Below, one piece after another: positions 43,508-44,802 of a stretch of 44,802 bases of DNA. The notes beneath the pieces were generated by a model. It saw nothing but the letters and a program-made list of their open reading frames with translations, did not search any database and was not told where the DNA came from. A program made the translations under genes and the position numbers. The first letter of the stretch is position 1; each line of letters begins with the position of its first letter. Source of the stretch: Cyanophora paradoxa CCMP329 (lineage: Eukaryota; Plantae; Glaucophyta); contig QPMI01000128.1 of assembly GCA_004431415.1 (NCBI GenBank), positions 1-44,802 of the forward strand. Direction: 5' to 3'.

Positions 43508-44144
43508 AACAACCGCCAACCGGCGCATATGACATAATGACACCTCTTAGTATTTCAATGCGTTGCAAACGGTAACTATCTACTTGGATCATTTCTTCTT
43601 GCATTTTCTGTAATGCTTTACGAACTTCGGTGTTAATGTTACGGGATTTAGTGATTACAAAATAATCGCTGTGTATGAATTTCGTTATAAAAGATTCGAG
43701 GATTTGCAACTTTGGTAAATCTACAAACGAAAGTTAGACGAACCTTAACCGCTCTTAGTTTGATCTAAGCGGGGTTTAATGCGTTGCGGTAGACTTGGTG
43801 CGATTCTTTCAAGAAAATCGATAGCATCTACAACTACTACTACTCGTTTCGGCGCGATAAGTTAACCATGAATACGCTTGATTCATTGCTTGTCCATCTT
43901 CAATGTCCGGGTCAATTGCTCCTAATCTTTGTCCTTCACCCATAAATTCCTCCATTCTCTGCATGCGATCATAAAGATCATTTGCTATTTCTGTGAGTTG
44001 ACCTAATCGTGGTCTTCTATCTAAAATGGCGCTTCTCTATCAAATTCCGCTTCGGTAATCTCCACCGGTTACTAAGAGAGTTCCTAACAATCCGATAATT
44101 TCATTTTTCTTTTCTTTGATGAGTCGATTAGTTTGGCGGGGCAT
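41993..44144 (-). pseudogene. 5' half of the outer Maverick-type pPolB (frameshift-rich)
   Basis: Starts MPRQTNRLIKEKKNEII at 44144. Contains GGCYFATPEWIASKKATINVKNIDGQDCFKYAI, INLLLIE...HY...FSRL, C2H2-like CETC...LH, endonuclease VII-like CYIC...VRDHC, and motif A DANNLYG. Joins 20971-22105 in frame across the TSD. Confidence 0.88.
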
Positions 44145-44193
44145 CTTTATTATAAAGGAACATTTTTATTTTGGATATTCAACGCGTTCGATA

Positions 44194-44422
44194 GGGTGGG
44201 CGGTGGGGTCAGGTGGGGCATGTTTTTTAAATTTTAGAATTTTGAGCGTCCCCAACTTTTCTTAAAATTTGACCCCCACACACACCACCACCTTCCCACC
44301 TTCTCTATATTACTTTATTCACATACAAATCAATCTATAAAATAGTTTATAAAAATAAGAAAATGCAAGGAGGTTATGGGGAGTGTGGTGTAGGGTGGGG
44401 TGTGGGTGTTTAGGGTGGTGTG
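44194..44422. repeat. G-tract/C-tract non-coding module, copy 3
   Basis: Same orientation and layout as the copies at 8858 and 9279. Confidence 0.75.
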
Positions 44423-44427
44423 ATTGT

Positions 44428-44802
44428 TCACGCTTCAACGTCGGAATCTTCGAATTTCGTCCCGGCTTTCTTGGCGGGAATCTTAGGGTTTGGTTCTTCC
44501 TTAATCGAAATCATCATCAATTAGCTTCAGCTTACGGAATTTCCGCCAACATTTTCGTTCCAGATGAAATGGTAGTATGGCTTACCATTTGCGGTTTTCC
44601 ACAAGAATGTATGAAGTGCCGCGCATCTCCGTATAGAAACGCTTACTGTTGTAATCGTTCTTATATATTTTCCGTAATGAAGGTCTTGAATAAACTCCCA
44701 TGTAGAAGCGAGACGGCTTAACTTACACTTGATTTCGGTAATCTCCCCACCATCCATTAACCACTTTGCAAACATGAGAATGATAGGTGCGGAGATTTGC
44801 TG
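44428..44802 (-). CDS. 3' end of a frameshifted gene entering from the right, possibly a primase-helicase C-terminal winged-helix region
   Basis: Frame fragments ISAPIILMFAKWLM, YNSKRFYTEMR, TANGKPYYHF and an acidic tail; only a weak pattern resemblance. Confidence 0.3.

Larger units (their letters stand above)
8561..44802. mobile_element. Outer endogenous Maverick/Polinton-type DNA virus (right end beyond the window), interrupted by nested elements
   Basis: Sharp GC-to-AT transition at ~8560 and dense intronless ORFs. Contains an rve integrase, a Maverick-type pPolB split across 20971-22105 and 41993-44144, and fibre genes. A non-coding module at 8858 and 9279 recurs at 44194. No capsid gene is visible in the part inside this window. 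Confidence 0.85.

Overview
This is a eukaryotic (probably protist) genomic window. Bases 1-7.3 kb hold a GC-rich, intron-rich host gene for an NPHP3-like protein (DUF4062-type N-terminus, NACHT-like region, TPRs). At about 8561 the sequence switches abruptly to AT-rich, intronless DNA made of three nested mobile elements. (1) An outer Maverick/Polinton-type endogenous DNA virus runs from 8561 past the window end. It encodes AdoMet decarboxylase, fibre-like proteins including a ~1,800-aa S74-chaperone fibre, a patatin-discoidin fusion, an rve integrase and a protein-primed PolB. (2) A second, unrelated Polinton-like virus (22106-40280) sits inside that PolB gene, with ~390-bp TIRs (AG...CT ends) and a CTGTG target duplication. 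It is ~11.2 kb on its own and encodes an rve integrase, a PolB-SF1 helicase-HNH fusion, penton, double-jelly-roll MCP and A32 ATPase. (3) A young, apparently gag-only LTR retroelement (32701-39667) sits inside the second virus, with 280-bp TG...CA LTRs and a CAACT TSD. Its leader carries a palindromic array of ~186-bp units, each with a PBS copy and a tRNA-like box A/box B module, plus an inverted third LTR. Many frameshifts fall in homopolymers and the right end looks error-rich, so indel-level calls and the internal duplications need read-level confirmation. All protein assignments come from motif recognition by eye, not database searches.
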